Source: Glaucostegus cemiculus (taxonomy: Eukaryota). Taken from it: a stretch of DNA of 64,000 bases. Below the pieces are notes generated by a model. That model saw nothing but the letters and a program-made list of their open reading frames with translations. It made no database searches and had not been told where the DNA came from. Below, piece after piece: positions 1-12,783 of the stretch. Positions within the stretch are counted from its first letter, which is position 1, and each line of letters begins with the position of its first letter. The position numbers and the translations under genes were made by a program. The stretch spans positions 14,880,001 through 14,944,000 of the forward strand of contig CDPCPM010000026.1 in assembly GCA_976551045.1 (NCBI GenBank). The letters run 5' to 3'.

Positions 1-1764
1 TCATCTCATCCAATATTGTGGGTAGCAATACTCCTTCTCATAATAAACTGATATTTTTCCATGCCATTCTTGAGGATCATGCACCCAGGCAGATGGTGAT
101 TAAGTTTCTGGGCCACATTTCAACACTTGTCAAGAACATAAATATATATTAAACTATTCTTCATCAATAATCAAATTATTGTTACTGATCCTTACATTAA
201 AACATTTACAGAAAAGGGACCTGTTAAAAAGATACATAACCTTGATTTCACTTGAAAGGTTTGTCATTATATTAAAAAATTAAGAAAAAGCTAATGAGGT
301 TGCTGAATCATAAAATAAAATTCCTGCCAGTGGATAGTTCTCACCTTAATTTCTACCTAAAGCTTATTCAGCAAAGCAAAATGCCACAGCATTTCTTCAG
401 TTTCCTATCCGGTAGAATTGTATTTGCACACAAAGATTTACAATCAGGTATTAGCAAGCTGAAACATTTTCCTCATTAAAAACAAAGCTGGTTTAGAAAT
501 ACAACTGAAACATGTAAAGGAAAATGCAAACGGGATAAAAAAAACAATCACACGAAGCAATTTTCAGCTGATCCTGCTGATTCTCCTCTGTATGCTGTAC
601 TTGATTTACATCAATTAAGTCTTACACATAAGGTATCATATCATATCAAGGCTAATAACCCAGAAATAACCTCATTAAAAAAAGGACAGCAGATCGGTCT
701 AAGCAGGATGAACTCTTAGCAGAAAAATTACTGACCTGGAAAGTGTAAGAAAAGCTAATAGCACTGCAGGAAAAAGGATCATTTTTTATCACTGAAACAC
801 AACAGAAATTTCTAGAAGTTAAGTGACACAACAAGTAAGTTAATCAATTTCTACATCTTAATCTATAAATATACGAGAGTTGTGTGTATATCAAAGGATG
901 ACACTTCAGTTTTGTCCAACATAAGCCTGTGGATTTAGCTAACATCGGTATCCGGCCAGTTAATTTATGATCCATAAGGTTTAAAACAGCCCAGAAAGAG
1001 CAGGAGATGTTACAATTAGTATCAATATATAACTACAGTGAAATATGAATTATCAGGGTCATGGTCCTCCATAAATTTTTACATATTTTGTTTAAGATTA
1101 CTGAAATGTTCTACTAAAGTGAACAGCTTGAATACATTTTAATGTTAATATTTTCTTAGCCCTCTAGAGCAGTTTATTCCGAAAGGATTTTGGCTTTGTT
1201 GAGAAAGTTCTATAGTATTTTCAACAGATGTTTCAACTATTTTAACTGGTTTAGATCAGACCAATTAGAGTCCAAGAATTCTACTAAAATTAGGGAACCT
1301 AAAAAATCCTGTCTGATGTTTGTCACTAGGCTTCATCATACATTAGTGGCATTTTAAAGCAGGAACACCTTAATAATGTAAACTAATAGTTAACCATGCC
1401 AATTATAACTGATGCCTGGACCGCACACATTGAGCTTCTCAACCAAAACATGTCCTTCTTGGTTCTTGAGAACAATCATTAACAAATATTACTTTAAAAG
1501 CTGTCATTTTCTCAATATCCAAAGGCACCCATTTGTGACATGATAGTCCAATGTAATTTTAGTCAACAAGCAAAGTTGTCTGAAAGGGAAATTTGACTTA
1601 CAAACAAAAATGTAGGTGGAAAGTCATCAATAGTGCCAGCAAATCTTATTTATATGCAAATAACCTGTTTACCAGTGCACAACTTAGGTTATGCCAGAAC
1701 TCAAAACTGAATCTCAACCTCGGTCCAAGCACGGACAGAGCAGTTAACATCCAGGGACAAGAGT

Positions 1765-2145
1765 GAATACCTTGGCATCAAGACATAATTTGACCAAATG
1801 TGGGATAAAGCAGGTGAAAGACTAAAGACAATGGCAACCAAGGGGAAAGAAAACTCTCCACTGACACAAAGGAAAATGGATGTAGTTGCTGGAGGACAAC
1901 CATCTCAAGTGTAGAATATCGCTGCAGGAATTCAGCAGGACAGTATCCTAGGATCTTCTCTAGGGTCAGATATTGGGCCATTTGCTGTTGATTGCAGTGT
2001 CCGGTACCATTTACAATTTCTCATTGACTAAAAATACTCAAAGATTACATTCAGACTCAAGCTATTTAGTGACAGGCAACATTCATGCCACCAAGTGCCA
2101 TACAATAGCAACCTTATAAAAGAAAGTAACTAACTACCTCCCTTT
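1765..2145 (+). mobile_element. Decayed CR1-group LINE reverse transcriptase fragment
   Basis: Pieces translate to LGIKT*FDQMWD (LDIKAAFDRVWH-like), RKMDVVAGGQPSQV*NIAAGIQQDSILG (GVPQGSVLG-like) and FAVDC (FADDC-like), with stops and deletions. Confidence 0.7.
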
Positions 2146-2651
2146 AGTAGTGCCCATTGACACTTCATTAAGACAAGTAAGATGGATAAAGCTTCTAACC
2201 AGGCACATTATTTATTGAAGGCAAACAATACTGATCTAAGAGCAATGGCTGATGAAACAAAAAATTCAAAAGACACACCTCTTGGTACACAAGGTTCTTA
2301 AAAAGCTACATACACATCCAATATATACTATAAGCTTGTTTTACAACTGCCAAACTTTTCATTGTCAGTATGAATAGAGCCACAGGTGACCAGAATTGAA
2401 TGAACTACTTATTTATATGCAATGTGATTAGGAAAGAACATAGTTCAAGAAATATATACTTTAACAAGATGTACAGAAAGACTATTAAAAAGGATATCAG
2501 TTGTAGTCATTCCTATAATGTTTATATTTGTATTTATTCTCCAAGTTATTCACTAACGTAGAGACATTTGGTCCAGATATATCAAAGAAAGGTAAATATG
2601 AATAAGGGGATCCTCGGCTTGCTGCTTGGGATATCTAATGTAGAAACTGCA

Positions 2652-2770
2652 CAACTGATGAAAGTTTATTAATCTGAAATGATGTCTATTTCTCTCTTCA
2701 CAGAGGTTGCTTCACCTGCTGAGTATTTCCAGCTCTTTATTTCGGATTTTTAATATTGTATTATTTTGCT
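2652..2770 (+). mobile_element. Penelope-like terminal fragment with degenerate hammerhead motif
   Basis: CTGATGA-AAGTTTATTAATCT-GAAA at 2655, followed by the family tail ...cacagaggttgcttcacctgctgagtatttccagc seen in other copies in this window. Confidence 0.6.
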
Positions 2771-2981
2771 TTCGGTTCAATTTTAATTTCTATTAAATTG
2801 AGTAAAATTCAAATCAGGTGATTTCTATATACTGTATGTCTGAACATCATATTTTTTCTCCTATAATACCTGATCGAATTGGAGAATGTCTAATTTAACT
2901 ACTTCCATTCATTCATATCCTTTTATTCAGAATGAATCAACTATTTAGTTACTGGCCATCGTTCAATATTGTCCAACATCA

Positions 2982-3200
2982 ATAACCTGCATTTATATAG
3001 TATTTTTTAATCCACCAAGCCAAAATCAACAGATTTATATGTCATCATTATCTTTCTTCTCAGGCTGTCCAAGGGTATTCTACAGCCAGGGAAGTAACTC
3101 TGAACTGTGGTCCTTGGTCTAATGTGGAAAATGTTGCAGCCATTTGAACATAGTGAGCTTCTACCATCAGCAATGTGATAATGACTAGATCACCTTTCTT
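2982..3200 (-). mobile_element. Deu-domain SINE (SacSINE1/AmnSINE1-like), 3' part
   Basis: Resembles the reverse complement of the recalled DeuSINE 3' region: ctgcatttatatag...tacagccagggaagta...gcagccatttg...cagcaatgtgataatgactagat. Confidence 0.7.
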
Positions 3201-3204
3201 TGAC

Positions 3205-3620
3205 ACACAGAAGATTTACCAGGACTAGAAATTTTGAACAATGAGGAGAACGGGAAAGGCTTTGTGGTTTTCTTCGGAGCACAGGGTGCTGACCTGAGAA
3301 TTTATTGAGATAAAATTATACGGTCCTACACATGAACAACCAATATCCCTTAGCAGAAAGATCAAAAATAAGCAGCATAAATTTTAAAATAATTGGTAGA
3401 AGGATTGAAGGAGAGATGAGGAGGAGTGTTTTTCACCCAGAGGAAGGTAGGGGCCTGGAACTCACTGCCAACAAGTGTGGTAGAGGCAGAAACCCTATCA
3501 CTCTAAAAGGGTACCTGGATGTATATTTGAAGGGCTATGGGCCTGGTCTGGGAAGCTGGAATTCAATTATTTTTCAGCCTGCAAAGGCTAAATGGCCTTC
3601 TGTATTATAATTTTTCTATT
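3205..3620 (+). mobile_element. CR1/HER1-type LINE 3' fragment inserted into the DeuSINE
   Basis: ORF2 C-terminal remnant (FKIIGRRIEGEMRRSVF) and CR1-type tail ggctaaatggccttctgtattataatttttctat. Confidence 0.8.
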
Positions 3621-3624
3621 ATTC

Positions 3625-3712
3625 TAATGCTGAGTGAGGGATTGGCAAGAACAACAGGGAGAACTCCTCTTCTTCAAAATGATGCCATGGAATTCTTTAC
3701 ATCCTCCTGAGG
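3625..3712 (-). mobile_element. Deu-domain SINE, continuation after the CR1 insertion
   Basis: gagggattggcaagaacaacagggagaactcctcttcttcaaaatgatgccatggaattctttacatcctcctgag resembles the reverse complement of the Deu core. Confidence 0.65.
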
Positions 3713-3724
3713 TAACTTTAACAA

Positions 3725-3990
3725 AAGAAGAGGGCATTAGAACTGGTGACCAAATGCTTGGTGAACTAACAAGCTTTAAGGAGCTTTTCAAAGAGAAGGG
3801 AAAGATCAAGAGGTAGAAAGATTTAGGGAGGGAATTCCAGTTCTTAGGCACCTTCTAGCTGAAGGCATGGTTACCAATGGTAGAACAAAGAAAGAAGAGC
3901 ATTGTAAGGGGAAAGCAGGAGGAGAAGCTATGGGGCAGGGGGGATTTGAACATGAGGGTGACAATATTAAAATGGAGCACTTTAGGTAGC
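3725..3990 (-). mobile_element. L2-type LINE 3' fragment
   Basis: attagaactggtgaccaaatgcttgg...tttagggagggaattccag...gctgaaggcatggttaccaatgg resembles the recalled antisense 3' end of shark L2. Confidence 0.6.
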
Positions 3991-4794
3991 TGAGGAGACA
4001 AATTCAAAATTAATTAGAACTGATCTTCAGCCTTTTTATCTTAAAAGTATTTTTTGAGGAGGGAGAATTGGTATATGATTAAACAGCTTTTTCGAGTGAT
4101 GCTCAGTGGTAAATATGGAAAACTTTTAGAATTTTGTTGGAAAATTATAAGTATGCACTAGTCATTGAATATGTTAAGGAAATACAGATCCCCAATTTAA
4201 CAATTGATCATCATTTCTTCATGGTCATTATAAATGGAAATCATTACAAGCAAATTATGCTTATTACAGTATTCTGAGCATTTATTGCCCTAGAATTCAC
4301 TTGCCTGAAGGGTTTAAAAAAAGATAAATAGGTAAAAACTATTTCCATTAGTTGGTGAGTTGCTAATTGGAGAGATAAATTTAAGATTGTTAATATAAGA
4401 ATGAATGGGTTGGGCAGCTTTTCTTTTGCACACCAAAAGTTGTTCAGACATAGAATCCATAATAATTGCCAAATATCAACTATATTAAATGCTGGCACTT
4501 AAGCTGAAAGCTCATTCAGAAAACCATACTGAGCAGATCACCTCTTCTATGTGGTAAACTTATTTGAGATTGACCTTTGGCATTTGGTTGTAAAATGTGT
4601 GGGTAGATTGCACGATACAGATTGGGATGAGGAAGATTGCACACAGAGGACATCGATTATTTTTCTATTAACTAAAAAGGAGGATATACTGGTGAGCCTC
4701 TTTGAAAAATATTAGATCACATAATATTTTGTTTTATATCCAAGAAGGTAATGATGAAAATCTTCTCCTGGAATGACGTGCACTATCAGATGGG

Positions 4795-4927
4795 TTTTTT
4801 GATTGATAAATTCTTAGATAGTAAGGAATTATGAGGTTAATAAGGAAGTAAGAGATCAACCATGACCTTCTTGAATAGTGGAGCAGGTATGAGGGGTCAA
4901 ATGGCCTACTACTACATCTGTTTCTTA
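4795..4927 (+). mobile_element. CR1-type LINE 3' end
   Basis: gatcaaccatgaccttcttgaatagtggagcaggtatgaggggtcaaatggcctact tail. Confidence 0.65.
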
Positions 4928-5040
4928 TAAAACATAGAACACTACAGCACAGTACAGGCCCTTCAGCCCACAATGTTGTGCCGACATTTTATCCTACTCT
5001 AATATCTATCTAACCCTTCACTCTCACATAGGCCTCCATG
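4928..5040 (-). mobile_element. CR1/HER1-type 3' tail, tail-to-tail with the previous element
   Basis: aacatagaacactacagcacagtacaggcccttcagcccacaatgttgtgccgac. Confidence 0.75.
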
Positions 5041-5894
5041 TTACACTTGTTAAAATACTAATTTTATAATTAAAGACGCCACTAAGACAAAACAAACTTA
5101 AAATACTTGCTGAACCAGAACTCTTAACAATCTGTTTTATATGTTTACCTTTTAACAAGTAATACATATGAAAAGAATGACAAGAAAGAACATCAGGCCC
5201 ATCAAATCCACTTGTTTTAAACATGGAGAACCCTGAGGCAAGTACACAAAGAAAAACCTTAAAATGCATTTATTAAAAATTTTCAGGAAATAGGTCTCTG
5301 GTTCCTTAAGATAATTCAGCAAAGCTCCAGGCATATATGATCCCCATAAATCTGCATCATCACATTTACCAATAAAGAGTATGTGGCAATGGGTGTGGTG
5401 AAACTGAATTTTACAGTCCTTAATTTACTTTATAGATTCCACCCACGCAGTCCATTTTGGAGGTGAATCTTATGTTGCCAAATTTATCCTTTGCATGTTT
5501 GAAAACCTGGCTAAAAATGTCACCTTTTAACTTGATCCATCTCTATATTGCTGAACGGTCAGATTTATGCTATTTAATGATTTGTCACAGTGCCAACAGA
5601 AAGGTTATGCCAAATATCTCCATCACACTAAAGTACTTTGATTTTCCTCATTTTTAAATTGACAACTTAACCCAAAGGTGGAGCATTGAAAATTCCACCC
5701 AAAACATATGAATAAACTTGACTTTCTTTCTGGTATTAATTGTATTCCTGAAGTTTATATTTTACTCACCAGTTGTTCAGGACTTCATTGTTGTCCAGTT
5801 TGCTATTTTTTCTGTGTTTGGAAGGAATTTGCCACTTCATTCACAATCTAAAATGAAAAGTATTATCACTTTAGTCTAAAAATTTGAGCATTCT

Positions 5895-6235
5895 GACTGA
5901 TTAGCTCAGGTAGAAGCATTTTTGTGGCTGGATGTCTCTTAACTAGGCTGATAATTGAATGCAGGATGACAGGACTGCAGCATTGTTGGAGATGTCCCAT
6001 TCCAATGAAATGGGAAGCCATCAACTGTTCATATGGCTCTATTTGAAGAAGAGAAAGTTTATTTAATGTCCTGGGCACATACCCTCTCTCCACATACAAC
6101 ATTAAATTAACACCCTCAGGTCAGTTAGATGTGGTGATCTTTCCTACTCTACTCTATGTAACTGGTTGCTGTGATTTCTGATTACACAATTAGGAATGAA
6201 CTATGAACTTCAACATATGTGAAGGGGTTTAAGTG
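5895..6235 (+). mobile_element. Old Deu-domain SINE
   Basis: gactgcagcattgttggagatgtc...atggctctatttgaagaagagaaag...gtcctggg resembles the Deu core; highly diverged. Confidence 0.5.
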
Positions 6236-6599
6236 TTCCTGTCAAAGCATAATCCCATAATTTCCAGTCTCTGGTTAATGATGGTCAACAATGGATTTCA
6301 AAGATCCTCTCAAAATTAAGCTCTCCTTCAGTCAATGTGAAATACTGCATTATTTTTCAGCTTCAGATTTGATGTTGGGAACCTACTGCATCACTTTCAA
6401 GTTTGGGTCCAGAAACCTGAATCTCTAACACAAACAATAACAAACTCTATAAGATTTCAGCACCTCTCCAAAATATAACACAGCCTTTATATAGTCACTC
6501 CTCAAAGAAGTGGAAACACAGAACCAACTAATGCTCTGCCAAGTTTTAGAAATACAATCATGACATAAAGGACTAGATTTCTTTTAGTGATGCTTATAA

Positions 6600-6835
6600 T
6601 TTGATAAATGTTAGTCACAATGTTTAGAGAACTTGCTGCTTCCCTTTGAGAGGGCAGTCAAAGCCTTAGTTTTACATCTCAAATAAGGAACTGCATGTGC
6701 AACAGTGCAATGCTCGCTGAATATTGCACTGAAGCCTCAGGCCAGAGTAGGAGCTGAAATCTCTAGAATAAGAATTGCACAGGTACTGTTCAGATTCAGA
6801 TACAAGGATGCTGCCATTAAGGCAGCACTAGCACT
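6600..6835 (-). mobile_element. Old Deu-domain SINE, 5' half
   Basis: gagagggcag...ccttagttttacatctc...aacagtgcaatgctcgctgaatattgcactgaag...cagattcagatacaaggatgctgcc. Confidence 0.55.
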
Positions 6836-8701
6836 AAACTGGAAAAAGTGCGACCAGGTATTGGATTCTTCCACTGTATTGATGGATGATGGTGGTAAGA
6901 TGAACTTGTGCCACTTTTCTGGCAGCAATTCCTTGCTTGTTAGACCACCATGGCTCATACAATCAAACAATACCCTGCAAGACATATATGTTCAAAACAT
7001 AAACATGCAGCTGTGTGATGCAGAAGAACTCTTTGTCCTTCTGCATATTTGTCATTACTTTGTAAAGGGACAACCCAACCCACATGTGACATGATTCAGT
7101 GTAAGACAAAATTAGAAGACTCCACAGTAATAAAATGCATCTCAATTAACGGTGATTGAATTTGGGTTGAACTAGATTTTAAAACCTGAGAGCTTCTTTG
7201 TATTAATTTCACTTTTAGAGAAATGCGACATTTTAAAACCATTTTTGTTATGGGTTTCAAAATCCTGTTTGTATATGTTAGCTTTATTTTCCACTAGACA
7301 TGTGATAGCATTCTCCACATAATTCATATTGCATGTCGGCACCATGTTCCATGCTCAATACTAATCAGTTTATATTATATAAATGGCATACTTATTTTTA
7401 TAGAGCTTGATGGTTTTATTGAGATATAGTTTATGAATTGACTGTTATAATAAGCAGGTTATGCAGGTAAGTAGCCTGCACTGGTGAGCAGATGGTGACA
7501 GTATTTGTAATTAAAAACTGTATGAATGACATTAGGGGATGAAAATTACAGGTTTATTCTAGTGCGTGTTCTGAGATCAGAACATGAAAATTATAAGGTT
7601 CTTTTTTTCCTTTGAGAAAACATCCAGGCATACTTAATGTGCTGTACATATTATATGAAGAATATAAGCAGAAACAGCAAACAGGAATAAGTGTTGGTGA
7701 AAATACATTGAAATCACCATTTATTCTGGATTACTTACATTTATTTTATTTCAAGGTATTAAGTTCAAAGGTAGTTATCAAATCAGTTGTGCTGTGAAAC
7801 ATAATAAATATGAATTTTTTTTTGAATGTCCTTTATTCCAAACACTGAGACAACTCATATGAAATGGACAATGATCAATTTTCAATGGACTGGTCAAAAA
7901 CAGGAGTACTACAATTAAATTCACCACAAAGGATTCTAAGAGGCAAGGGTCCATTAATCTGCATCTATAAGACAACTAATCAATTAACATGAGAAATTCC
8001 AAAATTAGCTCGATTGTAATGAAGTATGAAACACAGATTAATTTACAAAATTTTCAATGCTTAGTGCACAACTTAATAATTGCTTACAATGCATATGGCA
8101 CATTTCTCCAAATGTCACAATGTACAGAAAATCTGATAACATGTCTGCTGCAAAACATTGTGATTTGGTCACCAAAATGAAACATCAGCTTCTGTTAAGT
8201 GCATCCAGTAAAATTACAGAATACTGTAGAATTCAACCTCTGCTCATCTTTCAGGAACATAGATCTCCCCCTTTTGCAGTACAAACACAGATTTTGATTA
8301 AATTATAAACTGAAAAGCCACATTTCCCTGCAGATGAGAATAGGAAACATATGCTGGTATGTTCATTTGCCAAATCAACACCAAAACGCTAACTTCTGGT
8401 GGAGCAGTAGTGCTGCCAGTGGCATATTTAAAAATCCAGTCAAATGCAAGTTGAAGTCATCCAAATTAATTACCTTAATGACAAGAAAATGATTCACTTG
8501 ACCTTTGCAATTGAGTCTTAGGCTGTTTCTGTAGGCAGTAAGCAATTGAAAATGGCTGTGCAAAAACAAGAGAGTAAACAAAATGTTGGAAGTGCACATT
8601 TACCTTTGAAATAGATGCTTAAATATACCTGCTCCCACTTTTGCATTTAGAACATAAAAAATTGTGTTGTATTGACAGAAGCAACTAAAATTATTGGCAT
8701 G

Positions 8702-8897
8702 CAAGTGCTGGAAATCTGAAATTTAAAAAAAAAGGAAAATTCTGGAAACACTCAGCAACTCAGGCATCCTCAACAGAGATAGAAATACTGCCAATGTTTC
8801 AGGTCAAAAACCCTTCATCAAACCTTCTGAAACATTGATTGTGTTTCTCTTTCCATGAATGCTGCCTGACTTGCTGAGTATTTCTAGTACTTTTTTA
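8702..8897. mobile_element. Head-to-head palindrome of Penelope-like terminal repeats
   Basis: Left arm ctggaaacactcagcaactcaggca...aatgtttcagg is inverted relative to right arm ctgaaacattg...tgcctgacttgctgagtatttctag; the minus strand carries TTGATGA-AGGGTTTTTGACCT-GAAACATT; degenerate 15-bp flanking repeat at 8687-8701 and 8898-8912. Confidence 0.75.
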
Positions 8898-9092
8898 AGA
8901 ACTATTCACATGTTTAACCAATGCAGATGTGAATAGGCTGTTATGACCAAAATTTCCCAGTGTTAACAATCTCAACGAGATGATGGAGAGGGATCATGGT
9001 TTCAACAACATTGAAAGTATGCTGACATGATGTTGGCTAAGCTCTTCTTGTTGGAGGCTAGGAAGGAAGAGACAGGAATTTCACAGAACCAA

Positions 9093-9160
9093 AGTCATAG
9101 AGTCATACAGCACAGAAACAATCCCTTTGGCCCATACAGTCCATGCCAATCACCAACTAA
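9093..9160 (-). mobile_element. CR1/HER1-type 3' tail
   Basis: gtcatagagtcatacagcacagaaacaatccctttggccc. Confidence 0.65.
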
Positions 9161-10559
9161 TAATGTCAAATATCCTAATTCTTGTTAATTTTTATTAAGA
9201 AAATTAAAAACGTTTTAAACTCACTGATTGCTTCCAGACTGAATATTCAGACAATATTAATATATATATTTCAAAATCTTATAAAATTATATTTCTTCAT
9301 ATAATACCACTTAAATGTTCAAAAATTAAATGCCTTTCGATAACACTGAAAAGTTTTTTTAAAAATAGGTACAGAGAAGTGGACATCTCTGGAGAACATT
9401 TGCACCTTGCAGAGTTCAACAGTGGTGAATTTGATGTAGCACTGGAGTTTATTCCAAATTAGTTACAGCTTATATTATTCAGAAACGAATAAGGAAGCAT
9501 ATTTTGTAACATTGTTATGAATGTCAGTAAACAGCATTTCTGAGTCAGTTTGAATGGTGTGATTCTTTGATTTACAGGGTATAGCTTGAAGCAAAAAAAC
9601 TAATTTGCATAACTTTGCATATTATGGGTACTATTTAAATTAACTGTTGTGGTATAATTATTAGACTTTGCTTGCAAATCTTTTTTTATCAAAGTTATCA
9701 TTTTTGTTTTTATTTGTATTTAATGAATAATTCAGGAAACCAGATATGGTGATCAGTACATGTCTAATTGGACAGTTTCAAAATATAAGCTTACCAAAGT
9801 AAATGTTTTTCTTGCATTATTTGTGTTTTTGATTTCTTGATTTTTTAAATTATTTCTTACATAGATTAGCATTTCCACTCCAGGCTTGTTTCACAAAGGA
9901 AAAAATATTGTTGACCATGATTCATCTATACCTGTACTAGAAAAGTATATTATTCTGCCTGTTTAAATTAATTAAACAGAACCCAAAACAAGAAATGTGC
10001 TTTTGTTGTTGAAGATATGTTTTAATATTAAGGATCTTAGCACAGATGCACATCCAGGCCCAGCCAGAAAGCCGGTTTCTCACAATAACACTGCGAGCTG
10101 TGGCACGTTTGTAAAGCAAAAGATGTTTTTACTCACATCTCTGGCCACACACATCTTCAGTTTTCTTGATCCTCCCTATTGAGGGTGACTCTTACTGAGG
10201 CATGAGGAATGATTCCATGATTCCTTACTTCCAGCAGAAACAGGTGCAAGTAAGTTACAATGACAGAGCTCATGGTATCTCTTTCAATTATTTTAATATC
10301 ATGGAACTACCCCGATAACTCCAGAGAAGGAATTATGAGCATTATCAGCCATTGCCAATATCACACTCTTATGTAATATTGTCCTCACTCACTTCCCAGC
10401 TGATCTTATTTGGAAATTGTGGAAGGAACATGAACTGATTCTGTCCCTTCTCTAACCATGGGCATTAATTTTAGCCCATAAGCTTAGCAACCCCACAGCA
10501 TAGAGCTGGTATTGAATCTGCATCCAATTAATTTTATTAAAACCAAGAAAAAAGTAATC

Positions 10560-10745
10560 TGTTTGTAAAGTCACGAGCAATTGTGTCATCTGTGTATAAA
10601 AACACTGCCCCTTTAACAATATTGAAATGCGCGACAGGCAAGAGATGAATCACTTAAGACCGAGAGAATTTTATAAATAATTATTCAGAGCCGTCAAGCC
10701 TCACTTATTTTGAGTGAGACTCAGTCGTTATTTAAATGTGGAACC
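10560..10745. promoter_or_regulatory. Candidate conserved non-coding element
   Basis: No recognisable repeat, 6 CpGs in ~180 bp, AT-rich homeodomain-like sites; conservation untested. Confidence 0.25.
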
Positions 10746-11389
10746 TATTTTGAAAAATATAACTGGTTTTACATTGTCAAAAGATTATCTTGCTTCTTTC
10801 AGGATAAATAAAAGTTCAGAAAATCATTTTTGGTTACTATGTGATTAACATAATTTATATTGGTTAAACAAATATGATGCTATTTTAAAAAGTGCAATGA
10901 TGAGCTTATCTAATGGGCAATTGTATAGCTCTGCCTTTATCAGGATTTACTACAGCAATAACGGTCTTCAGATTTCTGCCAGCAACTACTGATTGTGACA
11001 CATTTAGTCCTGTACCTATCCCAGTGGCTTTCCTACCCTTTTTGTGGAATTTGGATTTTCATTCTCATCTCAAGTGACCCCTCATATACTATAGTGTATT
11101 TTCTTCCACTTTTAATATGTATTAGATGCTTTGTGCCCTCCACACCATGCATGACCAGAAACCCTTTTCATCTATTGTTTGGTGATCTCTTGACCTGTGG
11201 GGTATTACTGATCTTTTTCCTCTCTATGATTGTTTATCCACATCGAGCCCTTGATTCTCAAATCCTTCTCTTTGTGCCTGCAGGCACACCTAAGTCTATC
11301 TCCACAATACTTAAATGCTGACTCTAGATCTATTTTCTCTTTTTTTCTGCCATTTTAAATTTTCTCTGTGGCAGACTTTTACAACACCA

Positions 11390-11590
11390 CCATGCATAAT
11401 TTGCATATCGTTAACCCGCAATTTAGGCTTCTTCCTTGATTGGCAGCTGCAAAGTAGTAAGGTGACAGAGTGAAAATCTGAAATTCGTGCCTGACAGTAG
11501 ATTACACAAAAATTGCCCCATTGTCTCTTGCTACAAACGGTAGCCTAATCTGTATGACACAATGCTGGCAATCTATTAAATAATTAGATA
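11390..11590. promoter_or_regulatory. Candidate enhancer (POU and TALE motif cluster)
   Basis: ATGCATAATTTGCAT at 11392-11406, TGATTGGCAG at 11437-11446, TGACAG at 11463 and 11492. Confidence 0.3.
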
Positions 11591-12622
11591 CATTAAAAAA
11601 ATATGCCTTGTGTAGTAACAAGTGTCTTTGCTGAGCTCAGCTTCACTGCTCCTGTATGCAACATCTTCCACTTGTTTTCATGTTAGCCACCACCAATATG
11701 AGGTCTCGGCTGTTTCTCCCTGACAATCCATTATTCTACAAGTGATACCCTGTGTTTAATTCCACCTCCCAGTCCCTCCAAAAAAAGGACACCCAGCATG
11801 TGCAATAAAAATAGCTGGGGAAAAATTAATTGTTGGTTGCTCACAATAAATGTATTGAGCACAAGTTGGATTTCATTAGCTTCTATGGAGCTGGATGTTG
11901 GTAGGTGCAATTGGTCATCAATGTCCTTGATATGTGTAATGCTAGAAGCTTAAGGTCCCTTCACACACACCCACGCCCTAATGCCAATCTTTACAACATC
12001 ACTAATTGAGGGAGGGGTTTAAAATTCATCCTCAGTTATGTGCTAAACCCGCAATTGACAACAGGAGGGTTGAGTCCTGCTTTGGTATTACATAAAGGTC
12101 CTGTCAGGGAGCCTAAGAGACCCATTTTCTCGCAAGTAGAATGGGAAAAGCATGAGACCATCACCTTGTTGCCAATGTCCTGTGGCCTATCACACAATTT
12201 ACCTCCCCAACCAATTCCTGGCTAATCCTATCTCTGTTTACTAATTTTTCCCTTAATTCCCAACCTATTTGACTCCCAACCAACCCCAACAGACAACCCT
12301 GGTCCTCTTCCAAATCATCTCTTTGATTGATCTGAAGCAATCACCTTCTCCAGCAATCCTCTCTAACTCTGCAGTCATGACCTCTGGCAATTCTACCATG
12401 TCCCCTCCCTCAACCCCACCCTCCTCACCTGCAAATTTCCCTTCCCACTTAATCTAATGTTCAACTGACTTCCTTCGTCACTATTCTTCATAATACTAGG
12501 AGCTCAATGAAAGAAGGCTTTTGTGCAAGGTGCACTGTGCAAGGCCTGTGTCATCACCCTGATGACCTGGGACTTAAGCATCAGAGAATGTTGCTACTAG
12601 GGAGACTTGCACCAACCTTGGC

Positions 12623-12783
12623 ACAAGATGCACTGCAGATACTTGAAATCTGGAGCAATGCACACAAAATGTTGGAGGAACTCAGCAGGCACTGATGAAG
12701 AGTCTCAGCCTAAGTCATCGACTGTTCATTTCCCTCCACAGCTGCTGCCTGATGTGCTGAGTTCCTCCAGCATTTTGTGTGCT
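12623..12783. mobile_element. Palindromic Penelope-derived element with 16-bp TSD
   Basis: Arms gcacacaaaatgttggaggaactcagca and tgctgagttcctccagcattttgtgtgc; internal CTGATGA-AGAGTCTCAGCCT-AAGT-CATCGACTG; exact direct repeat ttgcaccaaccttggc at 12607-12622 and 12784-12799. Confidence 0.85.

Noticed and set aside
6705-7094. 129-aa ORF
   Set aside because: Starts within an antisense SINE; no homology recognised
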